Shown piece by piece: positions 1-11,705 of a stretch of 64,000 bases of DNA. The stretch comes from Selaginella moellendorffii (taxonomy: Eukaryota; Plantae; Lycopodiophyta), in assembly GCF_000143415.4 (NCBI RefSeq), contig NW_003314304.1, positions 573,587 to 637,586 of the forward strand, written 5' to 3'. Below the pieces are notes generated by a model. The model ran no database searches, was not told where the DNA came from, and saw only the letters and a program-made list of their open reading frames with translations. Numbering within the stretch: the first letter of the stretch is position 1; each line of letters starts with the position of its first letter. The position numbers and the translations under genes are program-made.

Positions 1-1571
1 TTCTCTCTCTATGTCTTACAAGTAGGGGTGTATTACACTTTTGTAAGCTGGGTGACACCTAGAGTAGCAAGAATGGCTAACTCCATTAGTCATGTCCTTA
101 ACTCATTTAAATTGGTGTATTTTTCATATAGTGTGATCACCATGAACTTTTTTATTTTGGAGTTGTTTCCTTGGCAATGGTTTAGACAGAAGTATGCATC
201 GACAAGGACATCAATCTTCCTTAGGGGGGGGGGGAGAGTATCACAAATGTGATTTCCGGTATCGAAAGTTACCTATTAGTTAATCTTTTTGGATATTCTT
301 TCTTTACTGCCATAACGGTAGGAGGTCGGTATTGCTAGATCCTTTATCAGTTTCTGCTTAAGCTAGTTGAGAAATTGGTCATCACATGTGCACTTAGACC
401 GAAAGGGCACTAAGTAAGGAAATCTTAAGTTGTCATTTAGTTAAGCATACTTGATGCGGTGATGAGAAATTCATGATGTTGACTTGCACTTGCTAGTGTT
501 GGGAACCCCCATGATATTGAGCTTAGTCCCTCAATATTCACTAGATGATACCTTATCGTGTTTACCAAACACCCTTGCTATCATGCCCTTTGTGTTAGTT
601 TCATTTCAGTTTTAAATACTATTTATAGAATTGTCTAGATTTGCTCATTTGGCATATCTACGGAATGTAGGGACTGTCTTGAACACAATGGTGTTCGTCC
701 TGTGTCCAAATTTGCCATTTTGGGACATTCCATATTTAGTAAGTTTCGAGCTTGTCCCAGAAACTAACTCTTGATACTAAAGGAGGCTTGGGGTGAAAGC
801 CCAAAGCGTGTGTTCCTCGGGGGGGGGGGGGGGGGGGGTGGGNNNNNNNNNNNNNNNNNNNNNNNNNNNNNNNNNNNNNNNNNNNNNNNNNNNNNNNNNN
901 NNNNNNNNNNNNNNNNNNNNNNNNNNNNNNNNNNNNNNNNNNNNNNNNNNNNNNNNNNNNNNNNNNNNNNNNNNNNNNNNNNNNNNNNNNNNNNNNNNNN
1001 NNNNNNNNNNNNNNNNNNNNNNNNNNNNNNNNNNNNNNNNNNNNNNNNNNNNNNNNNNNNNNNNNNNNNNNNNNNNNNNNNNNNNNNNNNNNNNNNNNNN
1101 NNNNNNNNNNNNNNNNNNNNNNNNNNNNNNNNNNNNNNNNNNNNNNNNNNNNNNNNNNNNNNNNNNNNNNNNNNNNNNNNNNNNNNNNNNNNNNNNNNNN
1201 NNNNNNNNNNNNNNNNNNNNNNNNNNNNNNNNNNNNNNNNNNNNNNNNNNNNNNNNNNNNNNNNNNNNNNNNNNNNNNNNNNNNNNNNNNNNNNNNNNNN
1301 NNNNNNNNNNNNNNNNNNNNNNNNNNNNNNNNNNNNNNNNNNNNNNNNNNNNNNNNNNNNNNNNNNNNNNNNNNNNNNNNNNNNNNNNNNNNNNNNNNNN
1401 NNNNNNNNNNNNNNNNNNNNNNNNNNNNNNNNNNNNNNNNNNNNNNNNNNNNNNNNNNNNNNNNNNNNNNNNNNNNNNNNNNNNNNNNNNNNNNNNNNNN
1501 NNNNNNNNNNNNNNNGGAACCAACCGATATAAATCACCATAAAATAAAGGGTAAAAACCACGTGTGCTACA
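1..1571 (+). mobile_element. 3' end of non-coding LTR element (LARD-like): internal end, PPT and 3' LTR (239-1571, spanning an N gap)
   Basis: Purine tract AGGGGGGGGGGGAGAG ends at 238. The LTR starts TATCAC at 239 and ends ...GTGCTACA at 1571. Near-identical to 30312-31693. Confidence 0.85.
843..1515. other. Assembly gap (N run) after a poly-G tract inside the LTR
   Basis: Run of N; the equivalent sequence is readable in unit 2 at about 31150-31650. Confidence 0.98.
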
Positions 1572-3290
1572 AAGAGAACAAAAATGTAACATAGCCTAGC
1601 AGAAGCCAAACTAATACATAATATAGTTAACCATACATTCCAACCACTATATAATACATTTGGAACCCCCCCCCATACAAGCCACCCCCCACCTGTTGAG
1701 GAATGCATGCTTTATGCTTTCACCTTTAACACTAAGAGTTAGTCTATAAGATAAGGGTGAAAATTATTAAATATGGAATGGCAATAAATCGCAAATTAGG
1801 GTGTAGGAACAATATTATAGTACTCTCTACATTCGATATGCCTTTTGAGTGGATCTAGATACTTACTATAAATAATATATAGTACTGAAATGGAATTAAC
1901 ACATAAGACATGATAGTGAGGATAAGTAAGCTATCACATAATAATATTAAGGGACTAGACTCAATATCATGGGGGTTCCCAACACTAGTAAGTGCAAATC
2001 AATGAATAATTTTCTCTAACTAGGTCAAGTATATTTAATTAATAGCATTTAGGAATTCCATCTTTATGCTCATCTAATCAAGTGCACACACAATAACTAG
2101 TTTTTCAACTAGATTGGGTGGAGATCATAAAGGAAATCAATAATATCGTCCTTAGGGGATTTTAAATGTATAGTAGAATGTATAGTAGGGATGGTAAGTA
2201 GGTTGGGCATGGCCGACCAACCTGAGGCATAGTCTAGCTCTCATTTGTGTGCTTGTCTTTGTTTTGCATCCGGCTTGAGTCTAAACCCAAATTCCATACC
2301 ATGCTAGTTGGTAGAGTATCCATATCCTTGCGTTAGGCCACTAGTATGCTGAAATAATGCTAAACTCCATTTGACTCTATTTTGCATGTTGGTCCTAGCA
2401 TTGGGATGTTGGATGCTCTAGGACTATTCTAAATCACTCCGTGCTCTTGTCCCTTTACTCCTTGGGCTATATGTTCGAGAGTCATTTCATGCTCCAATGC
2501 TATTGCTCCTTGGCTCCATGCTTGGGAGTTTAGCACTGTTTCTTCATTCGGTGGCTCAAGGCCCTAAAACTTCGGTTTCACACCACTATCCTTTGGACAC
2601 ATGGCATGTGACATATGGTATATGACACGTGGCACATGAAGGGTTTGGATTTTGCTTCATAGTTATTCTATGGTAAATCACCATAAAATAAAGGGTAAAA
2701 ACCACGTGTGCTACAAAGAGAACAAAAATGTAACATAGCCTAGCAGAAGCCAAACTAATTCCTAATATAGTTAACTATACATTCTAACCACTATCTATAT
2801 AATACATTTGGAACCCCCCATACAAGCCACCCCCCACCTGTTGAGGAATGCATGCTTTATGCTTTCACCTTTAACACTAAGAGTTAGTCTATAAGATAAG
2901 GGTGAAAATTGTTAAATATGGAATGGCAATAGATCGCAAATTAAGGTGTAGGAACAATATTATAGTACTCTCTACATTCCATAGATATACCTTTTGAGTG
3001 GATCTAGATACTTACTATAAATAATATATAGTACTGAAATGGAATTAACACATAAGACATGATAGTGAGGATAAGTAAGCTATCACATAATAATATTAAG
3101 GGACTAGACTCAATATCATGGGGGTTCCCAACACTAGTAAGTGCAAATCAATGAATAAGTTTCTCTAACCAGATCAAGTATATTTAATTAATAGCATTTA
3201 GGAATTCTATCCTTATGCTCATTTAATCAAGTGCACACACAATAACTAATTTCTCAACTAGATTGGGTGGAGATCATAAAGGAAACCAAT
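1530..3290. repeat. Local ~1.14 kb tandem duplication of the junction between the + strand LTR and the - strand LTR
   Basis: CGTGTGCTACAAAGAGAACAAAAATGTAACATAGCC occurs at 1561 and 2705. The same duplication is present in unit 2 (31683/32827). Confidence 0.85.
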
Positions 3291-6200
3291 AATACCAACC
3301 TTCTGCTATTGTGGCAATAAGGAAAGAATGTCTGTAAGGATTGGTCGATAAATATCTTTCGATGCCTAAAGTTACATTTGCAACATTCTCCCCCCTTGGG
3401 GAACATCAACATCCTTGTCAATACATACCTAAGTGTAGCAAATTGTCAAAGAAACAACTCCGAAAGTTAACAAAAAGCACACTATGTGGGAAATACACCA
3501 ACTTAAATAAGTGATAGAATTACCTTGCCTCTACGTCCAAAGTTGTTAAGACTCAGACACCCTTTGGCCATCACTAACAAGGAAATAACTAACAAAGTTA
3601 GCCACCCTTACTGCTTTGAATACCATTCGACTTACAAAGGAATAATATATCCTTGCCCGCAAGGACATAGCAAGAGAGCTAAATGCCCAACTCCTCTGAG
3701 CAAGAAATCAACCCTATCAAGAAGATCAAGACACTTATTATAAATTGGCAGATGAAGTTATTTATATAACCATGCCCCTTTTCAAAAAATAGTCAATGAG
3801 AAAGAGGTGAGGACTTATGATCAGTCTATAATAATTATCCCCATGGTTATGGATTGTACCCATGCACTAAAGTGCCAAAGCCAGCCTACCAAAATTGACC
3901 CAAAAACCAATGAACAAAAAAAATGTTTAATTAATTTATTGATTGTAAGATTTATTATAAAGATTTACAAAAACTATTTTTTATTACGAGTCTCATACTC
4001 TGTGATAAGCTCACAAGCATATGTAAGATTACTAAGAGGCTCCCAAGTTGATTCACAAGTTGGGTAACCATGCCACTTAACGAAGTATTCTTTGGTACGA
4101 CCACCACATTTTCGATGATATGATAAAATGCTTTTAACTTTATATTCAAATTCACAATTCAAAACTTTTGGTGGCAGACAAATCTCCCCTTGATGTGCAA
4201 TATCCATAGTGTATGGAGCCAATAAATTAGCATGAAATACATTATGAACATTAGACAAGATCTAACTAATAGGATACATCATCAATCCATTTCAAAACCC
4301 GATAGAGTTCAATATATCTTAGTAATAGCTTCCAAGACAAAGATCCCTTAATATTCAAGTTTTGGGAAGATAGCCATACATGATCTCCCATTTGATAAAA
4401 TACATTGAGATAATGTTGATCCTTATCACATTGATACTTATTCTAAACTTTGCCTATCGTCTTAGTAGCTTTAGACAAACTGTGGTATAATTGCTCCACA
4501 TAAGTCTTAACAGCCGAGATCAACACTTTAGACATTGGTTTTGGTACAAAAATCTATTGAGGAACCCCATGAGCATTCCCTTGCAACATCTTCCATAGAG
4601 AACAACCAATAGCATTGTGAATTGTATTGTTATAACATATTTTTATTGTGTTCAAATGCTCAACTTAGCCATATTAGTCTATTGCAATATAGTACTACAA
4701 ATAATCCTCAATTTGAGCATTCACACGTTCTATCTACCTATCAGTTTGAGGATGATAAGTGGTATTAAATTTCAACTTAGTACCGAATAACTAGAATAAT
4801 GTGCACTAAAACTTCCCAGTAAATCTCGAATCTTTATTTGAGATCATCTCTTCATGAAGACTATAAACCCATACTACTTCATGGAAAAAAAAGTTCTACT
4901 ATTTGCTTGGCATTTACTATTTCCACAATTGGAATGAAGTGTGCAATCTTCGACAATTAATTCACAACCACCATCAAAGTATCATAACCCTTAGACTTCA
5001 ACAAGCAAGTGATGAAGTCAAGTGTCACACTTTGAAATGGCCACGCTGGTGCTAGAATGCATTACAACTTCCTAGCCTGCTTCTCAATTCTTCGCTTACA
5101 CTGCTAACATATAGGGTAAAAATAGACATAATTTGCTATATCACCTAACTAGAAAAATCCCTTTTTCAATGAAGCAAGAGTTTTTTGTTTACCACTATAT
5201 CTCGTTACTAGAACATCATAATGTTCTCGTAGAAACAATTGTTGCAAATCCTTAGAGGGAAAATATAATCTTTATTACTTATAGAAAATAAGCTATCCTA
5301 AACTGAGAAGTGAAGCTTCACATTGGCATAACTAGAAACTTTCACTACTTCATTACCGAGGTTCTACTTTAACAACTCCATACAGTGTAAAATTGCTTTT
5401 GCCAATGGATCACTTTCATATGAAGCCTGAACATCTTCCAACCAATCCAAACTAATTGTTGACATTATCTAGAACTAAGCCTGACAACTTAACAAAACAT
5501 ACATTTACTTTCTTTAGCATATACTTTGTGTTCATGCAACTTCTGAAACGCTAGTTCCAAGTGTTTCAAATGATCCTCTAATGTTTCACTAAAGACTAGA
5601 ACATTATTAATATATAAGACAAAAAAAGTGTCTAAATCTAAATATTCTATCCATCATTATATTGAATGCATTACATAACAATGGTATGACAATGAACTTA
5701 TATGATCCATATCAAGTCTTAAAGGTTGTTTTCTGCACATCTTGATCTACCACTGATATTTCATGATACCTAGAATGAAAATCAAGTCACGTAAATATTT
5801 AGCCTTTAAGAATTGCTCAAATAAGTCATCAATGCGAGGCAAAGAATAACTGTTTCTAACCATAATCTTGTTAAGAGCCCAATAATCAATACACAACTTC
5901 ATAGTTCTATCCTTTTTTATAACAAAAAGGACTAGTGCTCCATAAGATGACTTGTTTGGTTAGATATAACCTTTATTAAGAAGCATCGTGAGTTGCTTCT
6001 TGAATTCAACCATCTTTTTTATATTCAAATAATATAAAACTTTTGTAGGTGGTTTAGAACTTGGAACAATCTCAATCCAATGATCAACCTCACAGCTAAA
6101 ATGTAGCTCTGGCAGCAAATTCTTTGGAAAGATATCTTAATTCTATGCCAACAACTCTAATATTTCCTTTAGTACAAAATAAACTCTATCACCAATTTAA

Positions 6201-7560
6201 ACTGGGTCACCATCACCCTTACCTTCATCACTTGAACCAAAAAGGTCTAACATCCTTTCTTAGCTGTTTTTTGAGTGGCTTTTACAATCAGGAACTTAGC
6301 ATTCTACCTTTGAGGAGCACTTTTGCAATTGGAAGGACACATTAAAAGTCTTTTTATATGACTTTATCTAGCATCAAAAAATTATTTGATATATTTGTTG
6401 AAGAAATCCATGCCAAACACCATCTAAAAATTTAATATTTTCAACACTACCAAGTTCAATCTCTCTTTCCACTTAGATATTTTTATTAGAACATCACTCA
6501 CAAATTTTCTAGCTACTTGTCCACCTTCTACAAAACAAAAGTGTATGGATTGCACTTAGCTTTCAATTCTAATAACTTTACTAAGTCTTCAAATATCATG
6601 CTATGCATAACTCTTATACCAACCATCATTCAGATTTAGTGTCCGTAGATAAAGCCTACAAGATACATCAACAGATCAGTGCTTACATTGATTGTGAGAA
6701 AAGTTTGAGGGAAATAGAAAAAGTAACTCATCTCCTCTTTCTCATAATTTATATTGACAACTTCGTTAACCCCTTCAGCTTCACCACCACCATCTTCCCT
6801 CATGACATTAATGAGACCTTGTTTTATGCTTGTTAAGACATTCTGAAGACCTTCATAATAGAAGCAATAACCATACTACTCATTCATTAGGAGTAGGTTT
6901 CATAAATTGCTACTACTTGTACCCACCAAGAGGAAGACCAAAGGGCCTAGGACCAAAAGAAGCTATCAGTGGTTGCCAACCATTATCTTTATTAACTGTT
7001 GTTTGTGAGCCCTCATGGTGGAACTTTCCTTCCACCCTCTGTTTTAGATCATTTTGTTTATTCCCAAAGTTCTTATTCTTATTCAAGGTATCAACATACG
7101 GTTGTTGATACTATTCCATGAATGAATGACTAAAGGCAACTTGTTGTACTACATCTTTACATTCCAAATATATCTTTGGCTTAAATTTTAAAATCTCATT
7201 ATGAGAAAGTGAACTCAAACCTTCTAGAAAATAACATCAAACATCTTCATCATTCATATTTACAATCATAATGCACTTCTTTGAATTGACAATCACAAAT
7301 CACTTCACTTCACAGTAAGTTGATACAAAGAGGTAGAACATATATTTTGTATGTTTTTTGGTTTTTTCCACATCTATCCAGCAAGCAATATATCATATCA
7401 TACAATATGTCAGCTTCTTGCTGGATGGTTCATTATTATGATCACTAACATGATTTAATTCTAGAAAAGGTGAATTATAAAAATTCAAGTACTCAAAAAT
7501 CCACTAAGTCTCCACCCATTTGGACTTGGAACCTTGCCAGCTACTGAAATTGAAATTGTG
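2716..7560 (-). mobile_element. Decayed Ty3/gypsy chromovirus (gag-PR-RT-INT-chromodomain), RNase H deleted, 5' LTR absent
   Basis: On the minus strand: RT motifs ([17 protein letters not shown]-like; YINN at 5603-5614 in place of YIDD), integrase motif (YHPQTDR), chromodomain ORF 3974-4258, PPT at about 3386-3400, and LTR part 2716-3385 homologous to the LARD LTR. Confidence 0.9.
3974..4258 (-). pseudogene. Integrase C-terminus and chromodomain of the chromovirus
   Basis: VHNVFHANLL...EYKVKSILSY...EYFVKWHGYPTCESTWEPLSNL is a typical retroelement chromodomain. Confidence 0.92.
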
Positions 7561-8339
7561 TATACTCTAAAGATATGTGTTACACTTAAACACTAACATG
7601 CAACTCTAAATCCTAAACAAAAAACATAATACAAATATAACATTTTAAAGTCATTGTGATGGATATCCAGGGATTTATATAATGATGGATAATGTCTCAC
7701 CAATGATATTAACTTATCTCAGTCAAGAAGGTTGGAGCAGGTAAACTGTAATACCCTTCATGATTATGCTACCCTGGGAGAATTAATGACTACAAATTAT
7801 GATTGAAATAGAAAATGGTTGTCAAAATCAAGCATATCACTTGATCTGGAAAAAAAATTTAAGCTCCCTATAGTTCACAGTTACATGTATTTTTTAATAA
7901 GACCATGTGCAAATGATCAATTGAAAGAAGGATATGGAATTGAAGATTTATCTTACAAATTTGGAAAGTTTCTAGAGAGGAGAACATTCAGTGTTATATG
8001 AAAAGCTCTTCTGAGACTATATTTCTTAGGGATGATAAGCTTATTGACTTTAAAAATCATATTGTTACTTTTAAATGCAATGAATCAAGGTTGGTGGCAC
8101 AGATTTCAATCTTCACATGGTATATATGAGGTGAGTAAAAATAAATTCAAAGATATGAATAACTTATGTTGGTGTTCTAACACTCCAAGCGATATTAGTT
8201 TAGCTGCAGAAAAAGTTTGGGCCTTTAGAAAACTTTCCAGAATTTCCTTAGGGTGAGAAGACTTAGATGAACTTCGGAATCTCCCATGCTTCATTATAAG
8301 AAAATAATTAAAACGGAATAATATTTGTGCTTAGGATCA

Positions 8340-9300
8340 ATCACAATGGCATTGCAAGCAGCACCAACACTCCTTTCAACTTATACAGAGTGGATCTTAC
8401 AGGCAATCACGAACATCCCCAATTGGAAACATCTGGAATTAATAGCATTATATTTATGATCTCCTCAGCATCATCCAAGAGCCCGCAAGAACACTGATCA
8501 AGCAGCAATAGTGAACTTGAGACTTAGAAACCATTGGAGCTAGTGTGTCTCTAGTAGGGATTACCAGCACAAGGTGGCAGAAAACGATCAAAAGGCCCAT
8601 GAAACTCTTGAATCCTTCCAGATTCAAGACTTTAAAAAGCTGAATGGACAGATCACCATGTAGATTCTGGGTAAATGACACGATAAGAACATTCCTGGTC
8701 ACGATGTTTGGCTGTAAACAGCATCTAAACAATGCCCAAGCGGTCGTCCAAGTGTCCATTTTTGCCCATACACTCTGATAATGTAATTCCTTTAGAACGT
8801 CTACGGTGTCAAACAAGCACTTTGCTTCTCTTTTGGCATATGTAGTGATCATAACATTCCATGCTAAGAAAACTGTCCACGAGACAAGGTTTCTTTGAGG
8901 CATTGAATCAAAGAGATTGTGAATCCAGTGACAATAGCATACAAGGTAGCTCATGCAAACTACGTTCCATTCTAGAATTCGATCAAAAACAAGCCTTGCG
9001 ACGTACATTTACCAAAGAATCGCATTCCATGTCACTACATTCTTCCCAGGCACGGAATAAAAAGCGTGCAAAGCTGATGATTGTGAATGTAATCTTGGAG
9101 CAGGATTTTCCATGAAAAGGAGTCTGGGGCGCGAATGGAGCCAAACACGCGGCGTGCATCGCCAGAGCTCCCGCATTTGCCATGCCTTGGAATCCTGTGG
9201 TGTGTCAACGCCAAAGATCTAAGCAATGCTTGCAAGATCCAGACATTCGAAGGAACACGTTACGAACAACGTCTACATTGCGAATCTCCTCGTCCAAATG
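8340..9300 (-). pseudogene. PLS/E-class PPR pseudogene
   Basis: LFDSMPQRNLVSW, ARRVFGSIRAPDSFSW and E-domain-like YCCLISVLA...LDDAEEII, all broken by frameshifts. Confidence 0.85.
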
Positions 9301-9379
9301 CGATATCGGCGCTTAAAAGCTTCCTATTTTGCGAGGGTTTAGGGTTTATCATTCCCTGGCAGCAAGGATCCAGCGGAGG

Positions 9380-10131
9380 ATGATCCCAAGATGTATGGTG
9401 CTACAGTGATGTGGGGGCGGTCTGGTGTGGGATTTCAAGATCCCCGCCGGGATTCCTATGACAAATGTAGAGCATCCTTGAGGCGGCCAAGTTTGCAAAG
9501 AGCTTTGGTGAGTATGGTGTAGACCGTGACTTTTGACTTGAATCTTCGGACTTTTGCCTTATCTAGTATCATGGGCAATAATCATCTATGGACGAGGGTC
9601 CAATCAGCTCTGGAGCACATAGGATTCCACTGGGATTTCTCTCCACCATTTGCCCTTGTGTAAGTTCTCACTCTTTCCTCTTTGTTGGATTTTCGTGGAT
9701 CCATCGTTGTGATTTTTGTGGTTCTTCCAGCTCGCAAGAATTTGTCATCCGATCGAACTCTCATGCTGGATTTGGTGCTGTGGACTGTCGATGATCCGCC
9801 ACCAGCGCATCTCTTCGTCACCTCCACGGACAGTGATCTCTCTAGTGCGTTTCACTTGCTGCAGATGAAGAACTACAACGTTCTTCTGGCATGCAACTCT
9901 CACGCGGCCTCCCTGGCTCTCCTTGCCGCAGCTTCGGCAGTATGGCAGTGGGGTAAGCTCGCTAGAGAAGAAGGCCCGGTAGCACAGACAATCGTGAGCA
10001 GCATTCATCGCTCTCCCGGGAGTTTTTATAAATTCGTCACCGCCACCATGTTCTCCTCCACTATCATTTACGCTGCCAACGCTACTTTTACCTTGGTCTC
10101 CATCGCCACCAACTCCGCCACCACCACCTAG
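9380..10131 (+). pseudogene. NYN-domain (limkain-b1/MARF1-like PIN-fold nuclease) gene fragment
   Basis: SDRTLMLDLVLWTVDDPPPAHLFVTSTDSDLSSAFHLLQMKNYNVLLA...AASAVWQW matches the plant NYN-domain consensus. A telo-box AGGGTTTAGGGTTT lies upstream at 9334-9347. The sequence is frameshifted. Confidence 0.8.
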
Positions 10132-10521
10132 TCCAGCATCGCTTCCGCCACCACCAGCACAAGATTCTCCGCCAGGGACACTAGAGAAGCAGGAATCTTT
10201 ACAGGACTTCCACAAGGATATTTGCGCACTGCTCCAACAAGCGGCTTTGACGCTCAGCCAAAAGCCTTCGGAATCGATGCTTTTGAGTGTGACCCTGGGA
10301 GAAAGGATGATCGCTCCACAGCAACAGAGAACAGGAGAGTTTCCAAGGGGAAAGCTACTGAGAGCTCGACGTCTCAGTGTAAATGCTGTGAAAGTGAAGG
10401 ATGGAAACCTAGTCGGGAGCCCAGCTCGCCAGGTGCTGTCACCAGTGCCCGAGATGAAGGAAAGTGGACGTGGAGAAGGTTTTGTTCGGATCCGGGATGG
10501 AGGAAGCGGCAAAAGGCAAAA

Positions 10522-10740
10522 ACTGCCAAGCAAATCGAGGAGATTGCGCTGGGATTGGAGGCAAGCAAGGTTCCTTTCCTCTGGGCGATACGATCAAACT
10601 CTGTTCTTGGCATGGACGAGGAGTTCCACAAAGGTTTCGTGAGCAGGACTGGCGGGAGAGGATTGTTTGTGAGCTGGGCGCTGCAGCTAGAGATCTTGCA
10701 GCACGAATCAACCGGGGCTTTTGTCACTCACTGTTCATGA
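10522..10740 (+). pseudogene. Isolated UGT fragment (pre-PSPG region and start of PSPG box)
   Basis: TAKQIEEIALGLEASKVPFLWAIRSNSVLG...WALQLEILQHESTGAFVTHCS is close to UGT positions about 13722-13933. Confidence 0.93.
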
Positions 10741-11560
10741 GTTCGAATGTCCGGATGGCCGCCTGGGCCTCACCAGCTCGAGGGTAGGCCGCGACCATGG
10801 CGTCGTAAGAAGTTACGTGTGGAGGGATTTGCCGAAAGACAGCCTCGGCACCGGGCAGTGATCCACACCTCGCAAACATCTGGACGAAAAGCTTCTGGGA
10901 GTGGAGGCTCGCCTGGTTGGCTTCTCCGAGAGGACTGACCCCGACATGGTTGGCTTCCACGCCTTCCAAGTCCATTCCAGCGAGAGCTTGGATGCCTCGC
11001 GGCAGTGGTGGTTGTTTCCAAAGGCCGTGATCATCGCAGTCGGCTCGGTCGAAGACTGTGACGGCGTCCAGCAGGCTACGGCATTTCCCATACATGCTCC
11101 TTTCATCCTTGTCAAGGATTACATCAAAGATCTTCGTTGCCTTCTCGACAACACCATTGTGAGCAAACGCTTGCAGCATTGTAGTCTGAGCGACTACGTC
11201 CTTCTCAGGCATGAGAGCATACATCCTCTAGGCATTTTCATTTTCCCTGGCTTTGGCATACGCAGTGTTCATCGCAGTGTACATGCAAAATGTTTGGTTT
11301 CTCCATCGCATAAAAAAACGCTTCGCTCCTTCCAGCCGGTCGTGTGCTTCATAGGCTGATATCAAAGCACCCCAAAAAACCGGATTTCTCTCTCCTGTCA
11401 AACAACTCTAATTCGCGATCAAAGTCCCTTTTCTGGGTACCATCACAGTCCATGCCACTACATTCTTCTTGGGCATTCGATCAAACAGTTATTGGGTTTG
11501 ATCCAAGTTCCCATCAGCTGCATAGCGTCGTATCATCACAACCCATGGCCCCACATGAGA
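10740..11560 (-). pseudogene. PLS-type PPR pseudogene
   Basis: LMPEKDVVAQTTMLQAFAHNG, MYGKCRSLLDAVTVFD and MFARCGSLPGAEAVF, with frameshifts. Confidence 0.88.
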
Positions 11561-11665
11561 TTCGCAAGGAAAACATTGGAGCTATGGTGGCTGCTCAAAG
11601 TCCTGTGAATTTCTTTCGCCCTTGCCCAGCGAAAAAAGAAACCTCGCTACCTTTTGTGAAACTTC

Positions 11666-11672
11666 TATATAA
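11666..11672 (+). promoter_or_regulatory. TATA box of orphan gene (TATATAA)
   Basis: CTATATAAG lies 40 bp upstream of ATG 11706. The same position is TATATAA before 41804 and 63627 and TATTTAA before 22533. Confidence 0.6.
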
Positions 11673-11705
11673 GAGTTCCAAGAATTAGGTTTTGATAGGA
11701 TTCTC

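Noticed and set aside
819-842. Poly-G tract as a G-quadruplex or special element
   Set aside because: A variable-length homopolymer within the LTR family; nothing supports a specific function.
764-1708. Long ORFs of 249-314 aa
   Set aside because: Artefacts of translating through the N gap.
2729-2735. TGTAACA as the true end of a short 657-bp LTR
   Set aside because: LTR homology continues on the other side of the LARD insertion (24820-25354 in the fully visible copy), so it is probably an internal site.
9745-10533. 262-aa (324-aa in unit 2) minus-strand Gly-rich ORF
   Set aside because: Antisense shadow of the GC-rich NYN and Pro-rich fragments, with no recognisable domain.
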